Source of the DNA: a virus
IMG/VR virus record: IMGVR_UViG_3300031857_016023
Span: 59,822-123,821 of that record
Length of the DNA stretch: 64,000 nucleotides
Strand: one strand, 5' to 3'
This document shows, one piece after another, positions 49,601-59,115 of the stretch (position 1 is its first letter; each line of letters begins with the position of its first letter). Both the position numbers and the translations under genes were made by a program. Below the pieces are notes generated by a model. That model had not been told where the DNA came from, searched no databases, and saw only the letters and a list, made by a program, of their open reading frames with translations.

Positions 49601-51525
49601 TGGCATCAATAAGAAATTTAAATAGATCAGGATTCCTTGGCGGCCAAGAGGTTGGTTCCGGATTTGGTTCGGGATTAAAATCTAGGCTTGCAAAAGGACA
49701 AACAATTGGTAGTTCTTTTGGTGGCGGTATTTCTGATATGATGCAAACACTCGCACCACAAAATATTAAAAAACGAGCACTCGAAAAAGCATTTGGTGGT
49801 CCAGGTCTTGTTTCTGCATACGCTCGTGGAAAATTAAAACAAAAATATGGAACATCTCCAACAAAAGCTTCAACGACAGATCCTTCAGGTGAAACTTCTC
49901 AGGTTAGTGATTCTTCTTATTTAAAAGTTATTGCTAAAGCATCTATGTCTTTACCTGGTATGGCTAGAGATATGAATGTATTGCGGCAAAATGTTCAAAA
50001 ACTTGTAAAACTCAAAGCTGGTCCTCAAAAGAAAGGAAGTAAAGCGTATGCATCTAGCGCAGATGCTTATTTCCTTAAAGAAGATGAAAGAGAACGAGCT
50101 CTAGAAGCACAAAGACAAAAAACACCAGGCAGTAAATCAATCACGCCTACGCCAGAAAAGAAAGAAGAAGGCGGAAACATTTTAGATTCAATATCGCAAA
50201 TGTTTAGTAGAGGGTTTTTAAATGGTATAAAATCTTTGTTTAGTCCAAAAATGCTTGTCGGAATATTGAAAAAAGTATTTTTACCAATTGCAATTATTGG
50301 TACTTTGTTTAGTGGTATCACAGATGGTTTTAAGCGATATAAAGAAACCGGAAGCTTTACTGATGCAATTGTAGCTGGTCTTGGTGGAATGTTAGAATTT
50401 GTTTCTTTTGGCCTCTTTGGTGAAGATACTTTAAAATCTCTATTTTCATCCATCAGTAACTTCTTTCAACCAATTACAGATACAATATCGAGCATTTTTA
50501 CAGGCATTAAAAACTTCGTAATAGGTTTATTTGGCGGCAAAGTTGATGTAAAAGATGATGCGCCGGCAAAAGCAGATAGTGTAAAACCTACAATGCCTGA
50601 TCCAAAACAATTCGCTTTAACTTCTGCAAAAGCTTCAGGTGCGTCAGATCAAAAAGCATCAGATCTTGGTGATATGTTTGGTGCTGTTGGTAAAGGTGAT
50701 GCTCAAGGTCTATTCGACAAAGCACAAGCTTTCGCTAAAAAATATCCTGAACCGGCGCCAGCTGCAACAGCGCCTACTCCTATGGCAAGCGAAGGTGTGC
50801 CTATGGATCAGGCTCAAAGAAATTATGAATTGAATAAAAAATTAACCGGCGAAGCTTCAAAAGCCCTTGGTGTTCCTTTACAAGCACCAGCACCACCAAC
50901 ACCTGCAACACCACCAGCTCCAGTTGCTACTGCACCAACACCTGCACCTGAAATGTCTGATTCTGATAAGGTTAAACAATTAGAAGGCTACATTGAAGGC
51001 AATAAAAAACGATTTGCTAAAAGAGAAGCTGATGCAGCAAGACATATTGCTTCATTTAAAAAGCGTTATGAGAATGATCCTAGTCGTGTAAAAGAATTAG
51101 AAGATGAGTACAAACAAACACTTGACGTTGAACGAAAAGAAATGGAAGAAGCAAATGCTGGTTTCCAAAGACAAATTGATGCTCTTAAAAAATCTTCTGG
51201 TGGTAAAGTAACAGCTGGTGCTTCTTCAGCACCTGCCGTTGAAGCTGGAGGTTCTAGTGCTCCAGCATTATCTGCAAGTGGTGGTGGAGGTGGCGGCGGA
51301 GGCGGTGCTTCTGTTGCTTCTGGTTCTACCGCACCATCAGGTTCTGATATTTCTCAAACTTCGTCTACTGTAGCTGAAGCACAAAGAATGGAATCAGCCG
51401 CTGATCAAGGTTCAGTTGTAAATGCTCCAACGACAAATAATCAATCTGCTTCAGCAGGCAAAACAAAACCGCCAGCAGCAGATGTGTATAATTCAGATTT
51501 CGCTAAGATGTTAGCAACAACCTAA
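49600..51525 (+). CDS. Tape-measure-like protein, paralogue 1
   Basis: Follows gp26/gp51; helical, hydrophobic middle segments, Pro/Ala linkers, C-terminal VVNAPTTNN. Confidence 0.55.
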   Translation: MASIRNLNRSGFLGGQEVGSGFGSGLKSRLAKGQTIGSSFGGGISDMMQTLAPQNIKKRALEKAFGGPGLVSAYARGKLKQKYGTSPTKASTTDPSGETSQVSDSSYLKVIAKASMSLPGMARDMNVLRQNVQKLVKLKAGPQKKGSKAYASSADAYFLKEDERERALEAQRQKTPGSKSITPTPEKKEEGGNILDSISQMFSRGFLNGIKSLFSPKMLVGILKKVFLPIAIIGTLFSGITDGFKRYKETGSFTDAIVAGLGGMLEFVSFGLFGEDTLKSLFSSISNFFQPITDTISSIFTGIKNFVIGLFGGKVDVKDDAPAKADSVKPTMPDPKQFALTSAKASGASDQKASDLGDMFGAVGKGDAQGLFDKAQAFAKKYPEPAPAATAPTPMASEGVPMDQAQRNYELNKKLTGEASKALGVPLQAPAPPTPATPPAPVATAPTPAPEMSDSDKVKQLEGYIEGNKKRFAKREADAARHIASFKKRYENDPSRVKELEDEYKQTLDVERKEMEEANAGFQRQIDALKKSSGGKVTAGASSAPAVEAGGSSAPALSASGGGGGGGGGASVASGSTAPSGSDISQTSSTVAEAQRMESAADQGSVVNAPTTNNQSASAGKTKPPAADVYNSDFAKMLATT

Positions 51526-53441
51526 TGGCCTCAATTTCAGACATTTTAGGATCAGTTATCAAGACTAAAGTTCTTGGTTCTAAAAATCCATCCAAAGTAA
51601 GTTCAGAAAAAAATACATCAGCTCTTACAAAGGTAATTGGCAAAAACTTTATGTCTTTGCCTGGTTTTGCTCGTGATTTAAATGTTGCTAGACAAAACAT
51701 CCAAAAATTAGTAAAACTAGAAGGCGGTACGCCCGCTCGTGGCGCTGATGCCAAATTCTTAAAGGCTTCAAGTGCTGAAACGAAGTTGGATATTGAAGTT
51801 GGAAAAATAGAAAGAAGGCCTGCTCCAGAAAAATCTAAAAAAGGAATGAATGTTTTAGGAAATTTGAAGAAAACTTTTAGTGCAGGTAATATTCTAAAAT
51901 CACTTACAAAATATTTAGCTGTTGGTGCTATAGTTACTGCTATATTTGTTGCCTTCAAAGATAGTTTTGCTGAATGGGCATCTGGTCTTTGGGAAACAAT
52001 AAAAGAAGCACTTGATGAGTTTGTTGGAGGGATTAAAGATTGGTTCATAGAAAGTGTTCAACCAATCATCGATAAAGTTCAAGTAATGATTCAACCACTC
52101 ATAGATGCTATCTCTGGCCTTATAACAAAACTTGGAGATTGGTTTAAAGAGAAAATAGAATGGTTTGCAGCTGAGTTTCCACAAACATTCGCTTTCATTA
52201 AAAAAGTAATTGATAAAATTATGGAACTTATTGATAGTTTAGTTGAAAAACTTAAAGGTTGGGCAGAAAAATTATTAAGTAATAAAGCAACAGCTTGGAT
52301 GGTTCCTGATTTTGTAAAAGATATGCTGAAGATTGGCCAGAAACCAGCTCAATTACAGGCCGGTGAAACAGATGCTGAAACTAAAAAGTTTTTAAGGCAG
52401 CAGAAAGAAGCAATAGACACCGAAGAAATAAAGAAACAGGAAAAAGAAAAGCAATACACAGGCGATGATGAGATTGTCCGCCAGCGTTTAGGTTTGCCGC
52501 CAAAGACAGATAGGATGCGGCAAGAAGAAGAATATAAAAGAAAAACAATTGAAACTGCTCCGCCTCCTGAATCAATTGTTGTGCCTAGTCCTGTACCTTC
52601 AGCACCAAAAGAGGCAGCTAAACCAACACCAACTCCTGCACCAGCAGCTCCCGGTAAAGCACCGGCGGCGCCTGCCGCTCCAGGAAAAATACCAAGTGGT
52701 ACTCCTGGTTTAATCGTTCAATCTTTAAATGAAGCAGGTGTCACATCACCAAAAGCTCATGCAAATGTTTTAGCTACAGTCAAAGCAGAATCAAATTTTA
52801 AAGTACAGAGCGAGAATTTATTCTATAGCACCGCTGCAAGAATTAAACAAATCTTTGGACCTAAAAGAATTCCTTCTGAAGAATTTGCACAACAATTCGT
52901 AAACAATCCTGAAGCACTTGCTAATTATGTTTATAAAACTACTGATGGAAATTCTGCACCAGGTGATGGTTGGAAATATCGTGGCCGGGGTTTTATTCAA
53001 CATACAGGAAAAAATCAATATGCAGCTATCTCAAAAGCAACAGGTGCAGATTTACTTAGCAATCCTGATGGTTTAAATTCTCCAGAAGTTGCAGCTAAAG
53101 CGATACCTTGGTTTTTCTTAGGTTATAAGAAAATGAAACCTGAAGATATGGAAAATATGAGTAAGGTGAATAAAGCGGTTGGCTTTGCTGGTGGTGCTGA
53201 GTATGCTGCTAAAAGAGAAGCTTCAGCAGAACAAATCTATTCTGAAATGACCAGCGGTTCTGGATCACAAATGTCATCATCTTCTTCTGAAGTGGCTTCT
53301 GGCCAAAGAGCACAAGCAAAGCCACAAACACCAATGGTCGTAAATGCGCCTACAACTAATACAACAATCGTAAAGAAATCTCAAGTTGCATCAGCACCAA
53401 AACAAGATACTGGTTCAATGTTAGTTGGAATGGCCACATAA
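51525..53441 (+). CDS. Tape-measure-like protein, paralogue 2, with a GH19 lysozyme-like domain
   Basis: AESNFK, ENLFYS, NPEALANYVY and GDGWKYRGRGFIQHTGKNQY (GH19); N- and C-terminal motifs shared with the preceding gene. Confidence 0.75.
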   Translation: MASISDILGSVIKTKVLGSKNPSKVSSEKNTSALTKVIGKNFMSLPGFARDLNVARQNIQKLVKLEGGTPARGADAKFLKASSAETKLDIEVGKIERRPAPEKSKKGMNVLGNLKKTFSAGNILKSLTKYLAVGAIVTAIFVAFKDSFAEWASGLWETIKEALDEFVGGIKDWFIESVQPIIDKVQVMIQPLIDAISGLITKLGDWFKEKIEWFAAEFPQTFAFIKKVIDKIMELIDSLVEKLKGWAEKLLSNKATAWMVPDFVKDMLKIGQKPAQLQAGETDAETKKFLRQQKEAIDTEEIKKQEKEKQYTGDDEIVRQRLGLPPKTDRMRQEEEYKRKTIETAPPPESIVVPSPVPSAPKEAAKPTPTPAPAAPGKAPAAPAAPGKIPSGTPGLIVQSLNEAGVTSPKAHANVLATVKAESNFKVQSENLFYSTAARIKQIFGPKRIPSEEFAQQFVNNPEALANYVYKTTDGNSAPGDGWKYRGRGFIQHTGKNQYAAISKATGADLLSNPDGLNSPEVAAKAIPWFFLGYKKMKPEDMENMSKVNKAVGFAGGAEYAAKREASAEQIYSEMTSGSGSQMSSSSSEVASGQRAQAKPQTPMVVNAPTTNTTIVKKSQVASAPKQDTGSMLVGMAT

Positions 53442-53462
53442 AAACCCCGGCCGAAGCCGGGG
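53439..53462 (-). terminator. Terminator between convergent operons
   Basis: Minus strand CCCCGGC-TTCG-GCCGGGG followed by a T run; UUCG tetraloop typical of T4-like phages. Confidence 0.88.
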
Positions 53463-53489
53463 TAGCACTTGCATGGCATGGGTTAAGAA

Positions 53490-54374
53490 TCAGTTAGATT
53501 CCGCAAGGGATTTGAAATAATCTAAATCTTCATCATCTTCACCAACAGATTTGTCAATGATAGATGTGTCGGTTTCAGCAACAGTATCAGCTGCTTTAGA
53601 TTTAATTGCAGGTGCAGCGCCATCAAAACCTAATGCTTTATCCAATCTTTGTTTCAACTGGTCATAGGATTTGAAGTTCTTACGCTCGAGGAACTCTTTC
53701 AAACCAAACTCTGATTTCCAAAGTGCCTCAAGTTTTTCATCATCACCGTCATAGAGTGCCGATTTCTCAGCAAACTCTGATTTATCATAATTACGATAAC
53801 CCTCAACATTACGAATTTTCAATTTGAAGTTAGCGCCTTCCCACAAATCGAATGGGTTAATTGGTGTTTCATCAGCAAATTCAGGATTCATAGCCTCTGT
53901 AATCTTATCAAAGATTTTCTTGCCAAACTTAAACAGTTTAATTTGGCCTTCATTTGATTTATTTGCTGGGTCAGAAATCACAAGAATATTGGCAACATAA
54001 GATAGTTTACGCTTTTGCTTTCGTGCAATATCTTTATTGGCTTCAATGCCAGAATTCCATAATGTATTGTTATGCTCACAAACTGGACATTTCTCATTAA
54101 GTGTTGTCAAGCAATTATCAATCAACCAACCGCCAGGTCCTTGGAATCCATGTGAGAATACACGAACCCATGGCAGAGCATCATCGCCATCAGCCTGAGG
54201 TGCAGGTAGAAAACGAACAATAGCCATACCGTTACCAGCTTTATCTACTTCAGGTTGCCAAAAACGATTATCATCTTTAGAACCGGCTTCGCCAGATTGG
54301 TTTGTTGCTTCGATTGCTTTAGTGAGTTTAGAGAGGTCAGAACGACCACGCTTTAGATTTGCAAAACTACTCAT
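53490..54374 (-). CDS. gp32: Single-stranded DNA-binding protein
   Basis: DKAGNGMAIVRFLP, HGFQGPGGW, CPVCE, FDLWEGANFKLKIR and acidic tail DLDYFKSLA. Confidence 0.96.
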   Translation of the reverse strand: MSSFANLKRGRSDLSKLTKAIEATNQSGEAGSKDDNRFWQPEVDKAGNGMAIVRFLPAPQADGDDALPWVRVFSHGFQGPGGWLIDNCLTTLNEKCPVCEHNNTLWNSGIEANKDIARKQKRKLSYVANILVISDPANKSNEGQIKLFKFGKKIFDKITEAMNPEFADETPINPFDLWEGANFKLKIRNVEGYRNYDKSEFAEKSALYDGDDEKLEALWKSEFGLKEFLERKNFKSYDQLKQRLDKALGFDGAAPAIKSKAADTVAETDTSIIDKSVGEDDEDLDYFKSLAESN

Positions 54375-54434
54375 AGTATTTCCTTTCGTATAACGGAGTA
54401 TAAATTAGTATAAACGGCTTATCCACAAAATCAT

Positions 54435-54463
54435 ATTATATCATTTATTTAGTAGCGAGTCAA
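54435..54463 (-). promoter_or_regulatory. Sigma70-type promoter of gp32 with an embedded late promoter
   Basis: TTGACT (54463-54458), 17-bp spacer, TATAAT (54440-54435); CTAAATA at 54452-54446. Confidence 0.8.
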
Positions 54464-54929
54464 GCTTTTTCAAGGTATCTTTTATGTCCTTATGAAGTAT
54501 GCCTTGGCCTTCTGCTTGTGTGAAATACCTTATCACATCTTCGGTATCATCAATCAATACTGTTTCAGGTGTGGCATATTCTGCTTTTTCTTTACGACCT
54601 GTTACAATGTTTGCTTTATAATTAATGCCATGCTTACGCAGCCATTTAATTTTTTGTGCTGTAACTTCACCATGAAATTTCTTACCGCCAGCAGATGAAA
54701 GAATCTCAACTGGTAATTTGGTATTTCTAACGGCATTTAGCAACTCTTTACCGCCAGGAAACCAATCCAATTTCTCAAATCCTTTTTTATGGAGAATGAA
54801 ATCTTCCCAATCTTTAGACCATTCTTTACGATCCCTTTTGGTAAGCGACAAGAAACCATAGTATTCTGTAAACTTCTTTTCAAAGTCGCAGAGAACACCA
54901 TCCATATCTAAGTATATTTTCTTTATCAT
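54441..54929 (-). CDS. HAD-family 5'(3')-deoxyribonucleotidase
   Basis: YLDMDGVLCDF, ILSS, K..WL and LIDD motifs. Confidence 0.85.
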   Translation of the reverse strand: MIKKIYLDMDGVLCDFEKKFTEYYGFLSLTKRDRKEWSKDWEDFILHKKGFEKLDWFPGGKELLNAVRNTKLPVEILSSAGGKKFHGEVTAQKIKWLRKHGINYKANIVTGRKEKAEYATPETVLIDDTEDVIRYFTQAEGQGILHKDIKDTLKKLDSLLNK

Positions 54930-55522
54930 TTCTGTGTAATTTTTTTTAAAATCAATTTGTATTTTGTATCATCTTGTGGTAAAAACGGCATTAGTTTTTG
55001 TACCTTCATCTGAAATGTGGGCCAACGAATTGTATCGGTGATTTGTTTTGACCAACTACCCATAAACGGCAGTATTCTAGCCATCATCGCAAAACTTTCG
55101 ATATGAATTTCCTTGCGAAATGTTTTGGTGAGAAGAACGGGATAATCACCATCAATCACTTTTAACACCACATTTGGATCATCACTCCCATCAAATATCT
55201 CCTTACAATCATTCTCAAAGATATACGAAAACGATTGAAGTACCTTCTGATGACTGCGAAAATTCACTTCAGCATCTTCTGTTAACAAATCACCTACCCA
55301 CAAATTGTCTTTCACCATTAGATTAGCAACAATGAATGTAATTAATTCATCACGGTTACTAAGCTTGCGTGATAGTTTATAAAAATGATATTTGTCTTTG
55401 CGATTCTCAAAAGCCGTGATACTTATGTTTGTCTTGCCATTATATTTGAAGAAATCATAACTATCTTTAGCGAAATGAAGTTTGAGAGATTCGTAAAGAC
55501 CGAACGCCTCATAACCTGTCAT
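54926..55522 (-). CDS. gp59: Helicase loader
   Basis: LKLHF..DSYDFFKYNGK and RKDKYHFYKLS. Confidence 0.9.
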   Translation of the reverse strand: MTGYEAFGLYESLKLHFAKDSYDFFKYNGKTNISITAFENRKDKYHFYKLSRKLSNRDELITFIVANLMVKDNLWVGDLLTEDAEVNFRSHQKVLQSFSYIFENDCKEIFDGSDDPNVVLKVIDGDYPVLLTKTFRKEIHIESFAMMARILPFMGSWSKQITDTIRWPTFQMKVQKLMPFLPQDDTKYKLILKKITQK

Positions 55523-55743
55523 ATTGGTAATCTATTGCCTTTTTCTTTCAGTAAATTCAGATCAAGTGCGTCATTGGCTAATTTTGATTTAAGGTTAGAA
55601 TTAACCAATGATGCAGCCACTTCAATTTCTAATCCAGTATTTTTACAATACTCAACTATGGCCTCTATGTAATTCAAATCAGTATTTGCTACCATACCAT
55701 CAATAGCTCTGGCGAATTTAACCATTTCATCTTTTGTAGGCAT
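55519..55743 (-). CDS. gp33: Late transcription coactivator
   Basis: YIEAIVEYC, LKSKL..DALDLNLL and RLPI. Confidence 0.88.
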   Translation of the reverse strand: MPTKDEMVKFARAIDGMVANTDLNYIEAIVEYCKNTGLEIEVAASLVNSNLKSKLANDALDLNLLKEKGNRLPI

Positions 55744-56153
55744 TACTTCTCACTCGCAAAAGTAACTTTAGCACCACCTAATGTTCCAGGCATTTCAAAA
55801 TTAGACTTATTCAATTTTTCCAAATCAGCGACGGTCAATGGTTTAATTTGCTCGTTTTGAAACGGCCAGTTGTTTTGTGGAATATTTGTGAAATCAAAAT
55901 TTGGTAATTGAATATTATCCAATTCATCTTTTATTTTTTGATATTCGATTGGTTCATCATCGTCAACAATTTCTAATTGACCTTCAAAACAATATCCACA
56001 ACCACGAAGAAAATTTTGAAATTCACTTATAATATCATACAAATCATAGGTTGAAAATTCAACAGTTTTCTTTGAAGAAATACAATCATCAAATGGTATT
56101 GCTTCTTTTTGGCATACAAATGTAAATTTAGACATAATATAATTCCTTTTCAA
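55743..56153 (-). CDS. Hypothetical protein
   Basis: FQNFLRGCGY motif; coupled to gp33. Confidence 0.65.
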   Translation of the reverse strand: MKRNYIMSKFTFVCQKEAIPFDDCISSKKTVEFSTYDLYDIISEFQNFLRGCGYCFEGQLEIVDDDEPIEYQKIKDELDNIQLPNFDFTNIPQNNWPFQNEQIKPLTVADLEKLNKSNFEMPGTLGGAKVTFASEK

Positions 56154-56432
56154 TTATTCTTTACTGCGTTTTGACGATGACTGCGGTGCTACTGGATGAG
56201 ATTGTGCCGATGCTGCAAATGCTACACAAATAATATCATCACTCTTTACATATGAGCAACGAACGGCCAACGGATCAATACCTTTAGCAATTGCATTATT
56301 CATGTTTTGTGCCATTAAACTGCGGTCATGTATGTGATACCAACTAAGACATACTACAGCTGTAAAGAATAAAATTGTCACGCAAATCGCAACAACATTA
56401 TCACCTTTTAAAGCTTGTGTTAACTTATCCAC
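56154..56432 (-). CDS. Hypothetical membrane protein (GTG start proposed)
   Basis: One transmembrane segment and KGIDPLAVRCSY; AAAGGA RBS before GTG at 56432. Confidence 0.6.
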   Translation of the reverse strand: MDKLTQALKGDNVVAICVTILFFTAVVCLSWYHIHDRSLMAQNMNNAIAKGIDPLAVRCSYVKSDDIICVAFAASAQSHPVAPQSSSKRSKE

Positions 56433-56959
56433 ATTAAATCCTTTCGATTGTAAAAAATGTGTCTTCCTATTGTTGTCAAATGAACCATATTTTTCCATCT
56501 TGGATTAACATAGTCCGCATGATAGAACAAAGCGCCCTTTGATGGGTCTTCCAGTTTATCATAATTGGCATATACATAAACTGCTAAGTTTCTAACATCA
56601 TTATACACCATTTCAGCTTGACCTGTCAAGCGTCTTGTTGTATTTTCGCAATACCAAGTAAATTGGCAAACGCCTTTAAATTTTTGTTTTACCACGCCAC
56701 AAATATCATCTTCAAAGTGGCCAGATTTTACCCGATTAAGAGTAACAAAGGCAACGGCAACTTGCCCTTTTTCTGGCTCATATCCTGCCTCATAGTAAAT
56801 GTTTTGGGCAAGACATTCTACTTGTGTTTTAGCATCAGCAGACATAAAGCTGTAATATGCTTTGTACGGTAAAATTACGATGTTTGTAACTGTTAATGCG
56901 GTAAATCCTATAGTTAATGCAATCAAACTAATTGTGAAAAGCACAATTGCTCTTTTCAT
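56420..56959 (-). CDS. SleB/Hydrolase_2 cell-wall hydrolase
   Basis: CLAQNIYYEA, VAFVTLNRV, CQFTW, GALFYHADYVNPRW and IGRHIFY; N-terminal signal anchor. Confidence 0.9.
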   Translation of the reverse strand: MKRAIVLFTISLIALTIGFTALTVTNIVILPYKAYYSFMSADAKTQVECLAQNIYYEAGYEPEKGQVAVAFVTLNRVKSGHFEDDICGVVKQKFKGVCQFTWYCENTTRRLTGQAEMVYNDVRNLAVYVYANYDKLEDPSKGALFYHADYVNPRWKNMVHLTTIGRHIFYNRKDLMWIS

Positions 56960-56979
56960 TACTTCTCCTTAAAAGTTGG

Positions 56980-56999
56980 AGGATGGTCGAAACCATCCT
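56980..56999 (-). terminator. Hairpin / probable terminator
   Basis: Minus strand AGGATGGT-TTCG-ACCATCCT just after the 91-aa gene; the T run is offset by a few bases. Confidence 0.6.
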
Positions 57000-57006
57000 T
57001 TTCCCA

Positions 57007-57282
57007 TCAGGTAGATTTTTTAGTTGTTATTGGTTTATCTACGGTTATGTTGGAAACGAAATTATTCAAAGTTGCTGCTTTAGCAATAACTTCTGATTCG
57101 CTTGGGAATGGTGGAAATCCTGGGTGCTTCGGCGGATCTTCACCTTTGATTTTGGCAGTATCTATTTCTACTTGCCATTGATTGGATATTTGCTCACGTT
57201 TTCCATAATAATCATCATTAAGCATATCTCTCGCCATTTTAAGTAGCTCGAGTCGTATTTCAAAGGGTGTCATATTTGACAT
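57007..57282 (-). CDS. Conserved phage hypothetical protein
   Basis: TPFEIRLELLKMA and KAATLNNFVS; AGGAG RBS; own promoter motif and hairpin. Confidence 0.75.
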   Translation of the reverse strand: MSNMTPFEIRLELLKMARDMLNDDYYGKREQISNQWQVEIDTAKIKGEDPPKHPGFPPFPSESEVIAKAATLNNFVSNITVDKPITTKKST

Positions 57283-57353
57283 AGTAATTCTCCTGTGTGT
57301 TTGTTTGTGTGTTACCAGCGGTTGTGTGTATGCTGGTTACTTATTTAGTAAAT

Positions 57354-57932
57354 TTAATCCCACAATCCTCTATAATACTTACCAAATAAGCGAAAACCAT
57401 TGGCCATTCTAGTTTCGTGTCTTTTTAGGCCTTCTTCATCGTATCCATTGATGAAAAACTGTTCATCTGTATCATTAACCAATTGTTCAAAGGTCCAAAT
57501 CATTTCATTCATTACCCAATCCCAGCGAGCAGAACCTAAATCTTCAAATTGTTTATCCTGGTACCAATCGAAATACAATTGATTGTCATATTCTTCATGT
57601 GTAATGCTACGGAGTTCAACAGGAACATCCTCTAAATCGACAAGATGATACCCATGATTTGTTTCTTTGAGTTGCTTAAGCATTGGCAGAATAATATATG
57701 ACAATGTATGATCCATTGACCAAGTATCCCATTTATCAATCTTTACATAATTAATTCTTGGGTGAACAATTTCTAAAAACTTAAAAAGGGCCTGGCAAAA
57801 TGGTTCTAGTATATTTGCTAGTCTATCAATCTTTGGTTCATCATAATCAATTTCACGCCAAAAGAAAACCTTCTCCAAGATTGTGTAAGGAGAAAGCCAA
57901 TGATTACGGTAATTACTAAGATAAACTTTCAT
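57354..57932 (-). CDS. Conserved phage hypothetical protein
   Basis: KIDKWDTWSMDHTL, RWDWVMNEMIW and GFRLFGKYYRGLWD. Confidence 0.75.
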   Translation of the reverse strand: MKVYLSNYRNHWLSPYTILEKVFFWREIDYDEPKIDRLANILEPFCQALFKFLEIVHPRINYVKIDKWDTWSMDHTLSYIILPMLKQLKETNHGYHLVDLEDVPVELRSITHEEYDNQLYFDWYQDKQFEDLGSARWDWVMNEMIWTFEQLVNDTDEQFFINGYDEEGLKRHETRMANGFRLFGKYYRGLWD

Positions 57933-59115
57933 TATATTTTCCCATAATTAAAACAACATTACTTCCACCAAAAGCAAAAGAGTTATTTAAACACACATCT
58001 TGCTTCTTGTCAACCACTTCTCTAGGCAAATATGTGCCTTCAGGTACTTTATCATCTTGTTCACCTAAATGCCAATTCGGTATGACTTTATCTTCTTGTA
58101 AAACAGCAATACAACCCATCGATTCAATAATACCTGAAGCACCGAGTGTGTGACCATGTAATGCTTTTGTTGATGTGATTGGTATATCTTTCAGTTCATC
58201 ACCAAAAACATTTTTAATAGCTTGCAATTCAACCATATCGCCGGTTGGTGTTGCAGTTCCATGAGCAGAGATAAATGTCACTTTGCGGCCGTTAAGTTTA
58301 TCATAAGCTTTTTGTATCGCTCTCATTTCACCTTCAATACTTGGCTTAGTCATTGATTCTGTACCCCAAGAAGTACCATAACCAAGTATCTCACAATATA
58401 TCTTGGCGCCTCGAGCCTTGGCGTGTTCCAGTTCTTCTAAAAAGAATACAGCACAACCTTCTGCGACAACAACACCAGTTCTATCTTTTGAAAATGGCCT
58501 GCAAGCTTTTGGTCCTTCATCTTTAGAAGAAATAGCTCGCATTCCGTGCCATGTGGTAATACCATAATCATTTACTGACGATTCTGTTCCGCCCACAATC
58601 ATTCCATCACAATCACCACGAACAATCTTTTCATATGCTTCACCAAGAGCAAGTGTTGAAGATGAACAAGCTGTGTTGTAAGTAAAATTTGGTCCATGTA
58701 TATCTTCTTTCAATGCAATAAAGCATGCAGGAGAATTAGGACAAATATTAACCAAGGTATTTGGCCTTGATCGACCATTGTTCAAATATTCTGGAAAAGA
58801 ATTCTCAATTGTATAGCTGCCACAAAAACCAACACCAAAGAAAATGCCATCAACATCTTCTTTTGTTATACCAGCATCTTCTTTACATTTAAGATAAGAA
58901 TACCAAGCAAAGCGTGATATTCTATCGGTGATTGTTTGATCGAGCGGTGCAATCTGTGAATCAATATCAAATTCTACACGACCAAGATTTGCTTTGATGT
59001 TTTCATAATAACGAATGCCTGAGCGGCCAGAAAACATAGCATCTTTTACTTCATCATATGATATACCGATTGGTGTAACACAACCAATCCCGGTCACAAC
59101 TACTCGTCTTTTCAT
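57916..59115 (-). CDS. fabF: Beta-ketoacyl-ACP synthase (FabF/FabB family)
   Basis: RRVVVTGIG; catalytic Cys-His-His in TACSSS, AHGTAT and GHTLGASG; NSFAFGGSN. Confidence 0.93.
   Translation of the reverse strand: MKRRVVVTGIGCVTPIGISYDEVKDAMFSGRSGIRYYENIKANLGRVEFDIDSQIAPLDQTITDRISRFAWYSYLKCKEDAGITKEDVDGIFFGVGFCGSYTIENSFPEYLNNGRSRPNTLVNICPNSPACFIALKEDIHGPNFTYNTACSSSTLALGEAYEKIVRGDCDGMIVGGTESSVNDYGITTWHGMRAISSKDEGPKACRPFSKDRTGVVVAEGCAVFFLEELEHAKARGAKIYCEILGYGTSWGTESMTKPSIEGEMRAIQKAYDKLNGRKVTFISAHGTATPTGDMVELQAIKNVFGDELKDIPITSTKALHGHTLGASGIIESMGCIAVLQEDKVIPNWHLGEQDDKVPEGTYLPREVVDKKQDVCLNNSFAFGGSNVVLIMGKYNESLS

Noticed and set aside
56425-56433. Second perfect DnaA box TTATCCACA
   Set aside because: It coincides with the GTG GAT AAG start of a gene and the end of the hydrolase gene, so coding sequence explains it.
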